From Terracidiphilus sp. (GTDB lineage: Bacteria; Acidobacteriota; Terriglobia; Terriglobales; Acidobacteriaceae), in contig JARLGF010000140.1 in assembly GCA_031296165.1 (NCBI GenBank), forward strand, positions 7,775 to 71,774: DNA of 64,000 nucleotides, read 5' to 3'. Below, in pieces: positions 39,489 to 48,794 of this stretch. The notes under the pieces are model-generated. The model saw only the letters and a list, made by a program, of their open reading frames with translations. It was not told the DNA's origin and did no database searches. The position numbers and the translations under genes were made by a program. The number at the start of each line of letters is the position of its first letter. Position 1 is the first letter of the stretch.

Positions 39489-41192
39489 TCAGAATTGTGG
39501 GTAGGTCGAGGGTGGGGTACCCGGCGAAACTACACATGAGCCATTTTGTTTCATCTCATATTGCCAAACAGACACCATGTGACCTCGTGGATAGAAGGTG
39601 AGCCGCTTGTCCCCCGATTCCGTCTGGATTCTGAAGGAGGCTATATGGTCAGGCTCCCATTTCGTAACGGAGTAGCCGAGGAGCACTTGGCCATTGCGAA
39701 GCCCTGCAATGTAGGCTGGACCATTTTCAACAACCCCGAGGACGGTCATGGCCGCTCTGGATCGATCAAAATCGAGCCCCATGTCAAAGCTGGGCACTTC
39801 CTCCAGTGACGGTGCTGCACAATCGCTTAATTCAGGGATGTGGCTGGGCGGTTGAAGATCGCCTTGCGCGTTTATTGCCTGCTGCAGGAGATCGCGCGCC
39901 CCTGGAGAAAGATAGTGTTCGATTGTCGCTAGAATGCGGTCGAGCGTATAGGGCCGATTCGCGGTTCTAACCATGTCGAACATCACATCGTCCAGTGAAT
40001 AGCGCCCATGCGACTCTTTGCGAATCGTTCCATCGAGCCAAAGAGAGATGACTCGACCGCGGACATATTCGTCGGTGGATTGCGGAAATCTCCGCAGATC
40101 CTTATTCAGAGACGAAATATAGTCTGCAGCAGATTGATTCCCGGCACGCAAGGTAAAGAGCTGCGCGTAGTATTCAGTTGGACCTTCACGGAACCACCTG
40201 ATATTACGGTCGTCATAGCCGGACGGAATGAGGCCCATATGCTTTGGATTCCACGCGTGAAAAGACTCGTGAGCTAGCTGAGTAAGCAAGCCGTTGAGCG
40301 AATCGCGACGGGAGACGAACATCCAGAATGCATTGGTAAAGGCGCTCCCGTCACTACTGCCATGATCGCGGTCGTAGGGCGCGAGAGTTACGAGGAAGTA
40401 AGGGAAGCGATTGTCTTTCCAGTACGTTCGCACAAGTCCGACGACCGCTTGGATCTTCTTAATCGCCTCCTCGTCTGTGAATGTCCAATTGCCCCGTACC
40501 GCGAGAACTGCCGGTTGTCCGTCGATTTGAAAATGTCGTATACGGAAATCACCCGCTGCGTACAGCCCGTCGTTGACGTCTCTCCATGGTCCCGTGTACG
40601 TCTGGCAGCGGCCGGCATTCACACTTGTGCTGCCAAAGCTGGTCGCTAAAGACCATGTAGCGGGAAGTGACGTCCAGTCGAAATTAGCTGTTTCTTGATC
40701 CTGATCCCCAAGCTTTAGTCGGACAAGAGCATTACTGCCGGTGAACTCTAGATATTCGGGGAAAAGTACTGGGTGGAACTGCAACGGATTGACGAAAGCC
40801 CCGGTCCAATCCTTTGTCAGGTCGTAGGTGATTCGTACACGATGTCCCGGCTTTGCCCGTATCAGTTGTTCACCGGAGTCGGAACCCGTTTCCAACTTCG
40901 CACCGTCTGAAGTGACCTGTAGATTGCTGAGTGAGCTTAGTTTTTCGTCGGCCCACTGGATCGGCAACTGAAACCTGTCCGTTCCGGTTGCTCCTTCAGT
41001 GAAGGCAAGAGCAACGTGGAGTGTGAGTGTCCGTTCTGTCAGCTCTGGTGAAAAGGTATACGTGATCTGCCGAATACCGGGAGCGGGGGCTGAAAAGCGG
41101 CACTGTGCAGGCAGACTGCAGCAAGAAGTTGCCAGTGCACAAATGCAGAGCATTGTGCGTGTCCTCGAGAAGTGGGCCAAGAGCGCGAACAA
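39489..41192 (-). CDS. M61-like (glycyl aminopeptidase family) zinc metallopeptidase with PDZ-like C-terminus
   Basis: AHESFHAWN (HExxH) plus WFREGPTEYY (third Zn ligand); VVENGPAYIAGLRNG PDZ-like; signal peptide-like N-terminus. Confidence 0.85.
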   Translation of the reverse strand: MFALLAHFSRTRTMLCICALATSCCSLPAQCRFSAPAPGIRQITYTFSPELTERTLTLHVALAFTEGATGTDRFQLPIQWADEKLSSLSNLQVTSDGAKLETGSDSGEQLIRAKPGHRVRITYDLTKDWTGAFVNPLQFHPVLFPEYLEFTGSNALVRLKLGDQDQETANFDWTSLPATWSLATSFGSTSVNAGRCQTYTGPWRDVNDGLYAAGDFRIRHFQIDGQPAVLAVRGNWTFTDEEAIKKIQAVVGLVRTYWKDNRFPYFLVTLAPYDRDHGSSDGSAFTNAFWMFVSRRDSLNGLLTQLAHESFHAWNPKHMGLIPSGYDDRNIRWFREGPTEYYAQLFTLRAGNQSAADYISSLNKDLRRFPQSTDEYVRGRVISLWLDGTIRKESHGRYSLDDVMFDMVRTANRPYTLDRILATIEHYLSPGARDLLQQAINAQGDLQPPSHIPELSDCAAPSLEEVPSFDMGLDFDRSRAAMTVLGVVENGPAYIAGLRNGQVLLGYSVTKWEPDHIASFRIQTESGDKRLTFYPRGHMVSVWQYEMKQNGSCVVSPGTPPSTYPQF

Positions 41193-41285
41193 GGTATTAC
41201 CTCACGGCATAGACGCGACGGATAGAGCATAACCAGAACTACTTTGATCCGACAACAGAGAGACGGACGAATGGCCGAGGACGCT

Positions 41286-41438
41286 CTAGTGTCATAAGTC
41301 TGAAGTTCATGTCAGAAATAAAAGAAAACAACCGCAGATTCTTCGACTCACCACCCCCGAACTGAAAAACGTTCGGGGCTCCGTTCGCTCAGAATGACAG
41401 CCAATTTTGTGTTGCGTAATTCAGACTCAGGACACTAG
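41286..41438. mobile_element. MITE-like element (153 bp) with 19 bp imperfect TIRs starting CTAG
   Basis: Left CTAGTGTCATAAGTCTGAA; right end reverse-complements to CTAGTGTCCTGAGTCTGAA (17/19); internal hairpin CCCCGAAC-N8-GTTCGGGG; no ORF. Confidence 0.75.
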
Positions 41439-41487
41439 CTGTAAGCAGCCGTTATTTCTGTTGGCATTATGCGGGGGGAGGGGGAAC

Positions 41488-41515
41488 CCCACATCTTTCC
41501 GGGATTCGATGTGGG
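41488..41515. repeat. Hairpin (REP-like or terminator) downstream of the alpha/beta hydrolase gene
   Basis: CCCACATC-N12-GATGTGGG. Confidence 0.45.
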
Positions 41516-41536
41516 TTGAACGGTTATGTTTGTGTG

Positions 41537-42565
41537 TCAGACGGCGGCGGTCATGGCTTCAGAAGAGGCGGCCATGACCATTTTGCGGATGGAGCAGATT
41601 ACGAGGTCGGGCTCGTCGAGATGAATCCAATGCGCGCTGGCCGGAGCGATCACCTGCTGTACGTTGTCTCCGATGCGGTCCAGGTCCTGCTCGGAAAGCG
41701 GTGACGACGATGCCGGGGTGAGCACGTGCACGGGGATGCCATGGATGGGTTCGGCATTCTGCATTTCCCTGACGGTGGCCGGAATGGCATCGATATGGCG
41801 GTACATGCCGGTGTAATAGCCGGGACGGGACCAGTGGGCGGCAACGATGGGCCAAACTTCCCTGGGCAACTTGCCGACCTCTTCTTTGACCCTTGTGAGC
41901 ACATGGCGGCCGCCAACCCCGGCGGTGCTGGCTAAATGGCCTGAGATTCGCCCGGTGCGGCAGAGAACGGAGGCGATGGCCAGGCGGATGAATCCGATGC
42001 GCGCAAAGGGGATGGCAAAGCGGGTTAGCCGTTTGCCAAGATCGATGGCGCCTTGCCTGGGCGAGTTGATGGGCGGCCATTCTTCACAACGCATGGGATC
42101 GACCAGCACAATGCCTGACACCTCACCAGGATGCAGCAGGGCGAAGCGGCGCATGACAAGGCCACCGAAGGAATGTCCGACCAGGATGTACGGCGGTTTG
42201 ATGCCGCCGGTTTGCAACAGATTGTGCAGCTCGGCGGCGATGTTGCCGGGGGTGCGCGGGGTGCGGCATGGACTGCTCCAACCCAGTCCGCTGCGATCGT
42301 ACGAGGCGGTGCTGGTGAAGCTGGAGACGATTTGCTGAATGTGAAACCAGTTGAGAGTGGTGGCTGCGATGCCGGCTTCAAACAGCACCGTGGGGCCCCC
42401 GGTCCCTTTTTCAAGCAGGTACAAACGGCAACCGCGCGCGATCCTGACCAGGCGCCCGCAGCTTGCATACCGCATCCGGTCACAATGAGCGCCGATCGAC
42501 TCATAGAGACATCCTGCTGCGACCAGGGCTGCAGCCGAACCGGCAATCCAGAGAAGCACATTCAC
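41537..42565 (-). CDS. Alpha/beta fold hydrolase
   Basis: YDRSGLGWS, GHSFGG nucleophile elbow, SAHWIHLDEP; N-terminal membrane anchor. Confidence 0.92.
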   Translation of the reverse strand: MNVLLWIAGSAAALVAAGCLYESIGAHCDRMRYASCGRLVRIARGCRLYLLEKGTGGPTVLFEAGIAATTLNWFHIQQIVSSFTSTASYDRSGLGWSSPCRTPRTPGNIAAELHNLLQTGGIKPPYILVGHSFGGLVMRRFALLHPGEVSGIVLVDPMRCEEWPPINSPRQGAIDLGKRLTRFAIPFARIGFIRLAIASVLCRTGRISGHLASTAGVGGRHVLTRVKEEVGKLPREVWPIVAAHWSRPGYYTGMYRHIDAIPATVREMQNAEPIHGIPVHVLTPASSSPLSEQDLDRIGDNVQQVIAPASAHWIHLDEPDLVICSIRKMVMAASSEAMTAAV

Positions 42566-42567
42566 GA

Positions 42568-43332
42568 TTAATCCTGGAAACGGGTGAGGCGCTCAGGGCT
42601 AAAGTCCCCGAGGCTGAGATTTGCTCTTGCGCTGCCACGGTCGATGATGAGCAGTGTGGAACCGGCATGACCGCGTGTTTTTTCTTCCACCTGGGTTGCC
42701 GACCAGACGCCGCCTTCGTGGCGGAGACCAAAGTAGGTGAACTGCTTCACCGCTGCTGTACCCTTAGGTGTTTTTTCAATATATACAGGAAAACCGATGG
42801 TGTGGTCCAGCCAAGTGTGAATCTCGGCGTAGTGCGTCTGGTCTGCCGCGCCGGGTGCACTCTTCAACAGATCGCAAATCCGCGCGCCATATTTGGTATC
42901 GGGAACGACGGTCTGGGTGGGCCAGAAGTATTGCGGCTCAAGAAAGTCCTCGTAGCTGAAACCAGTGTCGAGCAGGCCGTCGCCCCACTTGCCGGACGGC
43001 AGGATAGAGGGCGCTTTGTCGCCAGGGCGTGCAATATGAATCGCATTTTGGCCATTGGGACGCATTTCCAGCAGGACATGAACGCGCGCTTTTGCAGGCT
43101 GGCCAATTTCGACGAGCACGCGGAGAACGCCGGGGAACCCATGCGCCTTGATGGAAATTCCATAGCTGGTGCGTGCTCCGCCTGCATCCACCTGAACAAG
43201 GCGGCCGGTGACGCGAAAATCCGCGAATTGCACGCGCTGGCGCGGGACAGCAAGCACGGCATGAACGTCTGCCGCGCCGGCTGGAATTGCCAGAAGCGCA
43301 GCCAATCCGATTGCCGACCAGAATCGGCTCAT
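42568..43332 (-). CDS. LolA-like outer-membrane lipoprotein-sorting protein
   Basis: Signal peptide; LLDTGFSYEDF motif; WLDHTIGFPVYIE; typical partner of LolD/FtsX-type ABC systems. Confidence 0.75.
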   Translation of the reverse strand: MSRFWSAIGLAALLAIPAGAADVHAVLAVPRQRVQFADFRVTGRLVQVDAGGARTSYGISIKAHGFPGVLRVLVEIGQPAKARVHVLLEMRPNGQNAIHIARPGDKAPSILPSGKWGDGLLDTGFSYEDFLEPQYFWPTQTVVPDTKYGARICDLLKSAPGAADQTHYAEIHTWLDHTIGFPVYIEKTPKGTAAVKQFTYFGLRHEGGVWSATQVEEKTRGHAGSTLLIIDRGSARANLSLGDFSPERLTRFQD

Positions 43333-43994
43333 GCCTCGATCCTTCCGTCGCGGATGCGAATGTGCCGGGGCGCAGCGTGGGCAATTTCGTTTTCGTGGGT
43401 GACGACGATGAGAGTCATGCCGCGCTTTTTCTGGATGCCGATGAGCATTTCCATGATGCGAGCGGAGTTGACGCTGTCGAGATTGCCGGTGGGCTCGTCG
43501 GCGAGCAGGACGGCCGGATTGTTGGCCAGGGCACGGGCAATGGCCACGCGCTGGCGCTCACCGGCGGAAAGCTCATTGGGATACTGGTTGAGGCGGTGTT
43601 CGAGGCCCATCTCGCAGAGCAGGGCCTGGGCTCTCTCAGCGCGGTGGTTGGCGCCGTGGGTGATGGCGAGCATGGCAACCTGCACGTTCTCAACGGCGCG
43701 GAGAGTGGGGAGCAGATAAAAGGCCTGGAAGATGAAGCCGACCTTGCGTGAGCGGTAGGAATCCAGATCGAGCGTGGTTCCGAGCGCCGCATTCTGAAAC
43801 AAGACCTGGCCGCCGGTGGGGGTGTCGAGACCGCCGAGCAGTTGCAGGAGCGTGGATTTGCCGCTGCCGCTGGGCCCGCTGATGGCCACGTATTCGCCGG
43901 CGGCAATGGAAAGATCGACACCGCGCAGAGCCTCGATGCGGCCTTCGTCGTAGCTCTTGGTGAGGGCGCGTACCTCAAGCAGTGGACTTGTCAT
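43329..43994 (-). CDS. ABC transporter ATP-binding protein (LolD/MacB type)
   Basis: GPSGSGKST Walker A, GFIFQAFYL, LSAGERQRVAIARAL, LLADEPTGNLD, VVTH. Confidence 0.95.
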   Translation of the reverse strand: MTSPLLEVRALTKSYDEGRIEALRGVDLSIAAGEYVAISGPSGSGKSTLLQLLGGLDTPTGGQVLFQNAALGTTLDLDSYRSRKVGFIFQAFYLLPTLRAVENVQVAMLAITHGANHRAERAQALLCEMGLEHRLNQYPNELSAGERQRVAIARALANNPAVLLADEPTGNLDSVNSARIMEMLIGIQKKRGMTLIVVTHENEIAHAAPRHIRIRDGRIEA

Positions 43995-44061
43995 GCCTGA
44001 GCGCCTCCACCGGTGAAAGCCACGCACTGCGCGACGCCGGAACGAGATCCACGGCTAACAC
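43990..44061 (-). pseudogene. C-terminal relic of an FtsX/LolE-type ABC permease
   Basis: Minus strand reads VLAVDLVPASRSAWLSPVEALRHD, overlapping the ATPase ATG; the rest of the permease is absent. Confidence 0.7.
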
Positions 44062-44307
44062 CGACGACGACGGCGCTGTCGCTCTTCGTACTGCATGGGG
44101 TTTTAACACGAGGAATCCAGTTTATCGAGCGGGGAAGAGTTGTGTCCATCCTGAATTTGGGATTGGCGGCAATGAGTATGGAAAATGCTTTATGGAAGTG
44201 GGGCAAAAAAAAAGACAGAATAATCGCTACTGAAGAACACCACAAGCTAACCAGGCCAAAGCCACTGTAGCAGGGTAGCTGCTCTTCAGGGTGCGGCAAA
44301 GAGATTA

Positions 44308-44338
44308 CGGTCCGATACTCGATGAGAGCATCGGACCG
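44308..44338 (-). terminator. Hairpin terminator after the zinc-ribbon gene
   Basis: CGGTCCGAT...ATCGGACCG stem just past the stop codon, followed on the minus strand by TAATCTCTTT. Confidence 0.6.
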
Positions 44339-44350
44339 CTCAAAAAAAAG

Positions 44351-44689
44351 CTAGAAGCGACCGCGGCCGCGCGAACTGCCGCCGCCACCGCCACCACCGC
44401 CACTGCCCTTGCGAGCCTGGTAGCAATCGCGGCAGAACACCGGACGATCGCCACGCGGCTCAAATGGCACTGTTGTAGGCTGACCGCACCCCGAGCAAAT
44501 CACAGGAGTACCCTGTGCCGGAGCCGAACGGTAGCCGGACCCCCCCTGATCGTTCTTCTTTGCCTGACGGCAATTCTTGCAACGTTTTGGGGTCGAATAA
44601 CCACGTTCCTGAAAGAACGTCTGATCCGCAGCGGTGAAGGTGAAGTCCTGCCCGCAATCGCTGCACGTAAGTTGAATATCTCCGGCCAT
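44351..44689 (-). CDS. Double zinc-ribbon (CxxC-x17-CxxC-type) protein with Gly/Arg tail
   Basis: CSDC..F.F....Q.FF.ERG...PKRCKNC and CSGC..TTVPFEP.GDRPVFCRDC; RBS GAGGAG before ATG 44689. Confidence 0.9.
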   Translation of the reverse strand: MAGDIQLTCSDCGQDFTFTAADQTFFQERGYSTPKRCKNCRQAKKNDQGGSGYRSAPAQGTPVICSGCGQPTTVPFEPRGDRPVFCRDCYQARKGSGGGGGGGGSSRGRGRF

Positions 44690-44867
44690 GGGTCTCCTCG
44701 TGGAAATTGTACAGCCCAAAATGCATTTTGCGTGCAAGGATTCTGCTGAAATAAAAAAACTTGTACCTAAGCAGGATAGTAGGTAAGAGGATTGGCATTC
44801 CTAAAATGCCATGGCGGGGGACCGTACGGGCCCGGTTCCATTATGCTGTTCGTGGAATGTAGGTGGG

Positions 44868-45974
44868 ATGCGGATTGTCTACGTGCTCACTTCGCTCGGG
44901 ATGGGCGGAGCCGAACGGCAGGTGCTGGAGCTGGCTGGCCGCATGGCCCAGCGCGGCCACACGGTGGTTGTGCTGGCTCTGCGTCCAGGAGTTGCCGATG
45001 AGTGGCCGACGAGGCTGAACGTCGTCCATCTGGCGATGCGCCGGTCGCCGCGGAGCGTGCTTGCCGGAGTGGCGCGGGGCAGGCGCTTTCTGCAGGAGTT
45101 TCATCCCGACCTGGTGCACAGCCACAGCTTTCATGCGAACTTAGTGGCTCGTTTGCTGAAGGTTCTGGTTCCATCGATCCCGGTTCTTTCTACCGTTCAT
45201 AACGTCTACGAGGGCGGCTGGGCGCGTATGCTGGCCTACCGGCTGACCGACGGCCTGGCGCGACGCACCGTTGCGGTGAGCAAGGCGGCTGCCGATCGCT
45301 TTGTGCGGCTTAAAGCTATTCCGCGACACAAGTGCATGGTTATGCCGAACGGGATCGATACAGCGGCGTTCACCCCTGACGCAGAACGGCGCGAAGAGAA
45401 ACGAATTGCAATGGGCGCGGGGAGTGCGTTTATCTGGCTTGCGGTGGGGCGGATTGTGCCGGCGAAGGACTATCCGACGCTGCTGAGGGCCTTTGCGCAG
45501 GTGCGGGCAGCCCGGGGCGAGGCGCGGTTGTGGGTGGCCGGCGCTGAGACGTCCGTGGTGGAGGCCGCAAGGGTTCGAGCTTTGACGGCGGAGTCAGGTC
45601 TGGAAGATGCAGTGCGCTGGCTTGGGCTGTGCCGCGACTTACCGGCTCTGCTGGATGCTGCCGATGCATTTGTGCTGGCGTCGGCATGGGAGGGTATGCC
45701 GCTGGCCGTGGGTGAGGCGATGGCCATGGAGAAGCCGGTGGTGGCGACCGATGCCGGCGGCGTGCGCGAATTGGTGGGCGATGCAGGCGCGATTGTGCCG
45801 GTAAGGGCACCGGATGCGCTGGCAGCGGCTATGCTTCACTTGATGCAAAGCACGCCGGAAGAAAGGCGCGCGCTGGGCCGCGCGGCGCGGGAACGCGTAG
45901 AGAAACTGTTCAGCATGGACACCAGAGCCGATGAGTGGGAAGAGCTGTATCGGACAATATTGAAGGACCTCTGA
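44868..45974 (+). CDS. Glycosyltransferase family 4
   Basis: GGAERQV, PNGID, GRIVPAKDY, SAWEGMPLAVGEAMA (E-x7-E). Confidence 0.93.
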   Translation: MRIVYVLTSLGMGGAERQVLELAGRMAQRGHTVVVLALRPGVADEWPTRLNVVHLAMRRSPRSVLAGVARGRRFLQEFHPDLVHSHSFHANLVARLLKVLVPSIPVLSTVHNVYEGGWARMLAYRLTDGLARRTVAVSKAAADRFVRLKAIPRHKCMVMPNGIDTAAFTPDAERREEKRIAMGAGSAFIWLAVGRIVPAKDYPTLLRAFAQVRAARGEARLWVAGAETSVVEAARVRALTAESGLEDAVRWLGLCRDLPALLDAADAFVLASAWEGMPLAVGEAMAMEKPVVATDAGGVRELVGDAGAIVPVRAPDALAAAMLHLMQSTPEERRALGRAARERVEKLFSMDTRADEWEELYRTILKDL

Positions 45975-46047
45975 GACTGCGAAGACTGCGGCGAAACGAA
46001 ATGAGGTCATGTTCGCGTTATGTTCGTGTCATGGGAAAGAGTGGGGA

Positions 46048-48678
46048 ATGCGAGGAACAATAGCCTGGAAAGTAGTGTGCTGCGCCTTGATGGTGGCGGC
46101 AACAGCTATGGAGTGCGGAGGAGCGCAGGCACAGGGCAAACCGGCGCAGAATGCGGTTTTGACTTTGGATCGAGGCTGGCAATTTCGCCAGGTTACGGCG
46201 GGTGCGCAGGCTGCGGAAAACGGATGGCTGCCGGCTACTGTGCCTGGCGATGTTCACCTGGATTTGCTGGTCAACAAGAAAATCCCGGACCCGTTCTTTC
46301 GCGATAACGAGAGCAAGTTGCAGTGGATTGAGAAAGCGAGCTGGGAGTACCGGCTGAACTTCAATGTGACACCGGCCATTCTGGCCCGGTCGAATGTGGA
46401 CCTGGTTTTCGACGGGCTGGACGCGGCGGCGCAGGTTTATGTGAATGGCGCGCCGGTGCTCACAGCGGACAACATGTTCCGCGTATGGCGCGTTGCCGTG
46501 AAGAGCCATCTGCATACGGGGAAAAATTTGCTGCGCGTTGTGTTTCCTTCGCCCATTAAAGCCGCGGAAGAAGCTGCTTCCAGCGATGCGTTCCGGCTGC
46601 GCTCGAAGACCGCGGATAAGACCTACATTCGCAAAGCGGCCTATGAGTACGGCTGGGACTGGGGACCGCGCTTTGTGACCAGCGGCATTTGGCGGCCGGT
46701 GCGGCTTGAGGCATGGGACAAGGTGCGCATTGCCGACTTTGCGCTACGGCAGCGCGATGTGAGCAGGGAAGTGGCCCACCTGGATGCGGAGGTCGAAGTG
46801 GAGGCGGCGAGCGCCGGCCCAGCCAAGGTGAGCGTGCAATACCAGGACAACGGCAAGCCGGTAACCGTGATTGAGACGGTCAGCGTCCATGCCGGGCGCA
46901 ATGTATTCGATCTTCCAGTTGAGATTCGCCAGCCAAGACTCTGGTATCCGGCCGGCTATGGCGACCAGCCGCTTTATGAATTCACGGCGCGGGTGGGTAC
47001 GGGCAGCCAGGCTGCAGCAGAACGCACGGCGAAGGCTGGGCTGCGGACAATCGTACTTCGCCGGCAGTTGGACAAGTGGGGACGGTCTTTTGAACTGCGA
47101 GTGAACGGCATTCCGGTCTTTGCCAAGGGCGCGGACGTGATTCCGTTCGACAGCTTTCCTAACCGCGTCACTACGGCGGACTATCGCCGCATTCTGGAGT
47201 CGGCTCGCGACGCCAACATGAACATGATTCGGCACTGGGGCGGCGGCTACTACGAGAGCGACGAGTTCTACGCGATTTGCGACGAACTGGGCATCATGGT
47301 CTGGCAGGACTTCATGTTTGGCAACGACTGGCAGCCGGGGACGTACGCGTTCAAGCTCAACATGGAGGCCGAGGCCGAGGACCAGGTGCGGAGGCTGCGC
47401 AACCATCCCAGCATCGTGCTGTGGTGCGGCAACAACGAGACCGAGATGGCCTTTAACTGGGCGCCGCGCCCCGGATTGCCGGCGGACGTGAAGCTGCTGA
47501 TCTGGCAGGATTACCTCACCGAGTTCAGCGGCATCCTGCCCAGGGTGGTGGCCCGGCTGGATGCTGAAACTCCTTACTGGCCCAGTTCGCCCAGCGCCGA
47601 CTACGAGGCGGTGTCGCCTATCTTTCACTCGGGCGACGATCACATATGGGATGTGTGGCACGGGCGCGTTCCATTCTCAACGTACGAGACGCATCATTCG
47701 CGGTTTGTCACCGAGTACGGGTTCCAGTCGTTTCCGGAGATGAAGACGATTGAAGCCTTCACGGAACCTGGAGACCGCGCCGGCATTTTTACCCCGGTGA
47801 TGCTTGCGCACCAGAAGAACAACGAAGGCAACTCGATCATCCACGACTACCTGCTCAAGGATTATGCCGAGCCCAAAGATTTTGCCAGTTTTCTTTACGT
47901 GAGTCAGGTGTTGCAGGCCGAGGGAATCAAGATTGGCGCCGAGCACATGCGCCGCAGCCGTCCGGAGACGATGGGCTCGATCTTCTGGCAGTTGAACGAC
48001 TGCTGGCCTGTGGCCTCGTGGTCCTCGATTGACTACTACGGCCGCTGGAAGGCGCTGCAATACTACGCGCGACGCTTCTATGCGCCCATTCTTGTTTCTC
48101 CGCACGTGGAGAGCGGCTCACTGAAGACCTACATCGTTTCCGACAAGACAGAGGCGCAACCGGCTGCGCTGCGCGTGAGGCTGATGGACTTTAACGGCAA
48201 GGTGTTGCTGGAAGATACGCACGCTGTAACTGTGGCGCCGCTCTCAAGCAAGGTCTACCTGGATTGGCCGCTCAAGAAGCTGGCCGACGCCGGCGCCACC
48301 GATACGTCGCATGTCTTTGTTGTAGCCGAGTTGAGCGCAGGCGGTGCAGACATCTCGCGAAACGTGATCTATCTGGCGCCGGTCAAAGAGATTCACCTCA
48401 AGCCTGCCGCCCTTAAAGTGGAAGCCGCAGGCGCGAATGGAAGCTATAAGGTTCGTATTACTGCGCCGGTGCTGGCGCGGAGCGTGTATCTCTCCTTTGG
48501 CAATCTCGATGTAAAAGTCTCAGATAACTACTTTGACCTGCTGCCGGGAGAAACAGCCGAGATTACGGTCGCAGGTGCGGCTTCGCTTGAAGCGTTGAAG
48601 GCGCAACTGAAAGTGATTTCTCTGAGCGATGCTTTTGCCGTCGCGGATCGTTCAGTCACGGTTGGCGCCGCGCACTGA
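46048..48678 (+). CDS. GH2 beta-mannosidase (secreted)
   Basis: YGWDWGP, NMNMIRHWGGG, WQDFMF, LWCGNNE, FVTEYGFQS, WQLNDCWP; signal peptide. Start 46009 or 46048. Confidence 0.93.
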   Translation: MRGTIAWKVVCCALMVAATAMECGGAQAQGKPAQNAVLTLDRGWQFRQVTAGAQAAENGWLPATVPGDVHLDLLVNKKIPDPFFRDNESKLQWIEKASWEYRLNFNVTPAILARSNVDLVFDGLDAAAQVYVNGAPVLTADNMFRVWRVAVKSHLHTGKNLLRVVFPSPIKAAEEAASSDAFRLRSKTADKTYIRKAAYEYGWDWGPRFVTSGIWRPVRLEAWDKVRIADFALRQRDVSREVAHLDAEVEVEAASAGPAKVSVQYQDNGKPVTVIETVSVHAGRNVFDLPVEIRQPRLWYPAGYGDQPLYEFTARVGTGSQAAAERTAKAGLRTIVLRRQLDKWGRSFELRVNGIPVFAKGADVIPFDSFPNRVTTADYRRILESARDANMNMIRHWGGGYYESDEFYAICDELGIMVWQDFMFGNDWQPGTYAFKLNMEAEAEDQVRRLRNHPSIVLWCGNNETEMAFNWAPRPGLPADVKLLIWQDYLTEFSGILPRVVARLDAETPYWPSSPSADYEAVSPIFHSGDDHIWDVWHGRVPFSTYETHHSRFVTEYGFQSFPEMKTIEAFTEPGDRAGIFTPVMLAHQKNNEGNSIIHDYLLKDYAEPKDFASFLYVSQVLQAEGIKIGAEHMRRSRPETMGSIFWQLNDCWPVASWSSIDYYGRWKALQYYARRFYAPILVSPHVESGSLKTYIVSDKTEAQPAALRVRLMDFNGKVLLEDTHAVTVAPLSSKVYLDWPLKKLADAGATDTSHVFVVAELSAGGADISRNVIYLAPVKEIHLKPAALKVEAAGANGSYKVRITAPVLARSVYLSFGNLDVKVSDNYFDLLPGETAEITVAGAASLEALKAQLKVISLSDAFAVADRSVTVGAAH

Positions 48679-48740
48679 GAAAGAGCCAAGGCCGCACAAG
48701 CATTGTGCGCCGATGCGTTGTAATTATCGGCAAGACAAAG

Positions 48741-48772
48741 GCAAAAGGGCCGGAGCATTGCGCTCCGACCCC
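48741..48772 (-). terminator. Intrinsic terminator of TonB-dependent receptor copy A
   Basis: Minus-strand hairpin GGGTCGGAGC..GCTCCGGCCC followed by TTTT; homologous to 52065-52101. Confidence 0.8.
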
Positions 48773-48794
48773 TGGATTGGTTGATCTGAATTGC

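Noticed and set aside
41472-41484. G-tract GGGGGGAGGGGG as a third, inverted copy of the dispersed element
   Set aside because: None of the other conserved blocks follow it.
44291-44749. 152 aa + strand ORF
   Set aside because: Antisense to the well-supported zinc-ribbon gene.
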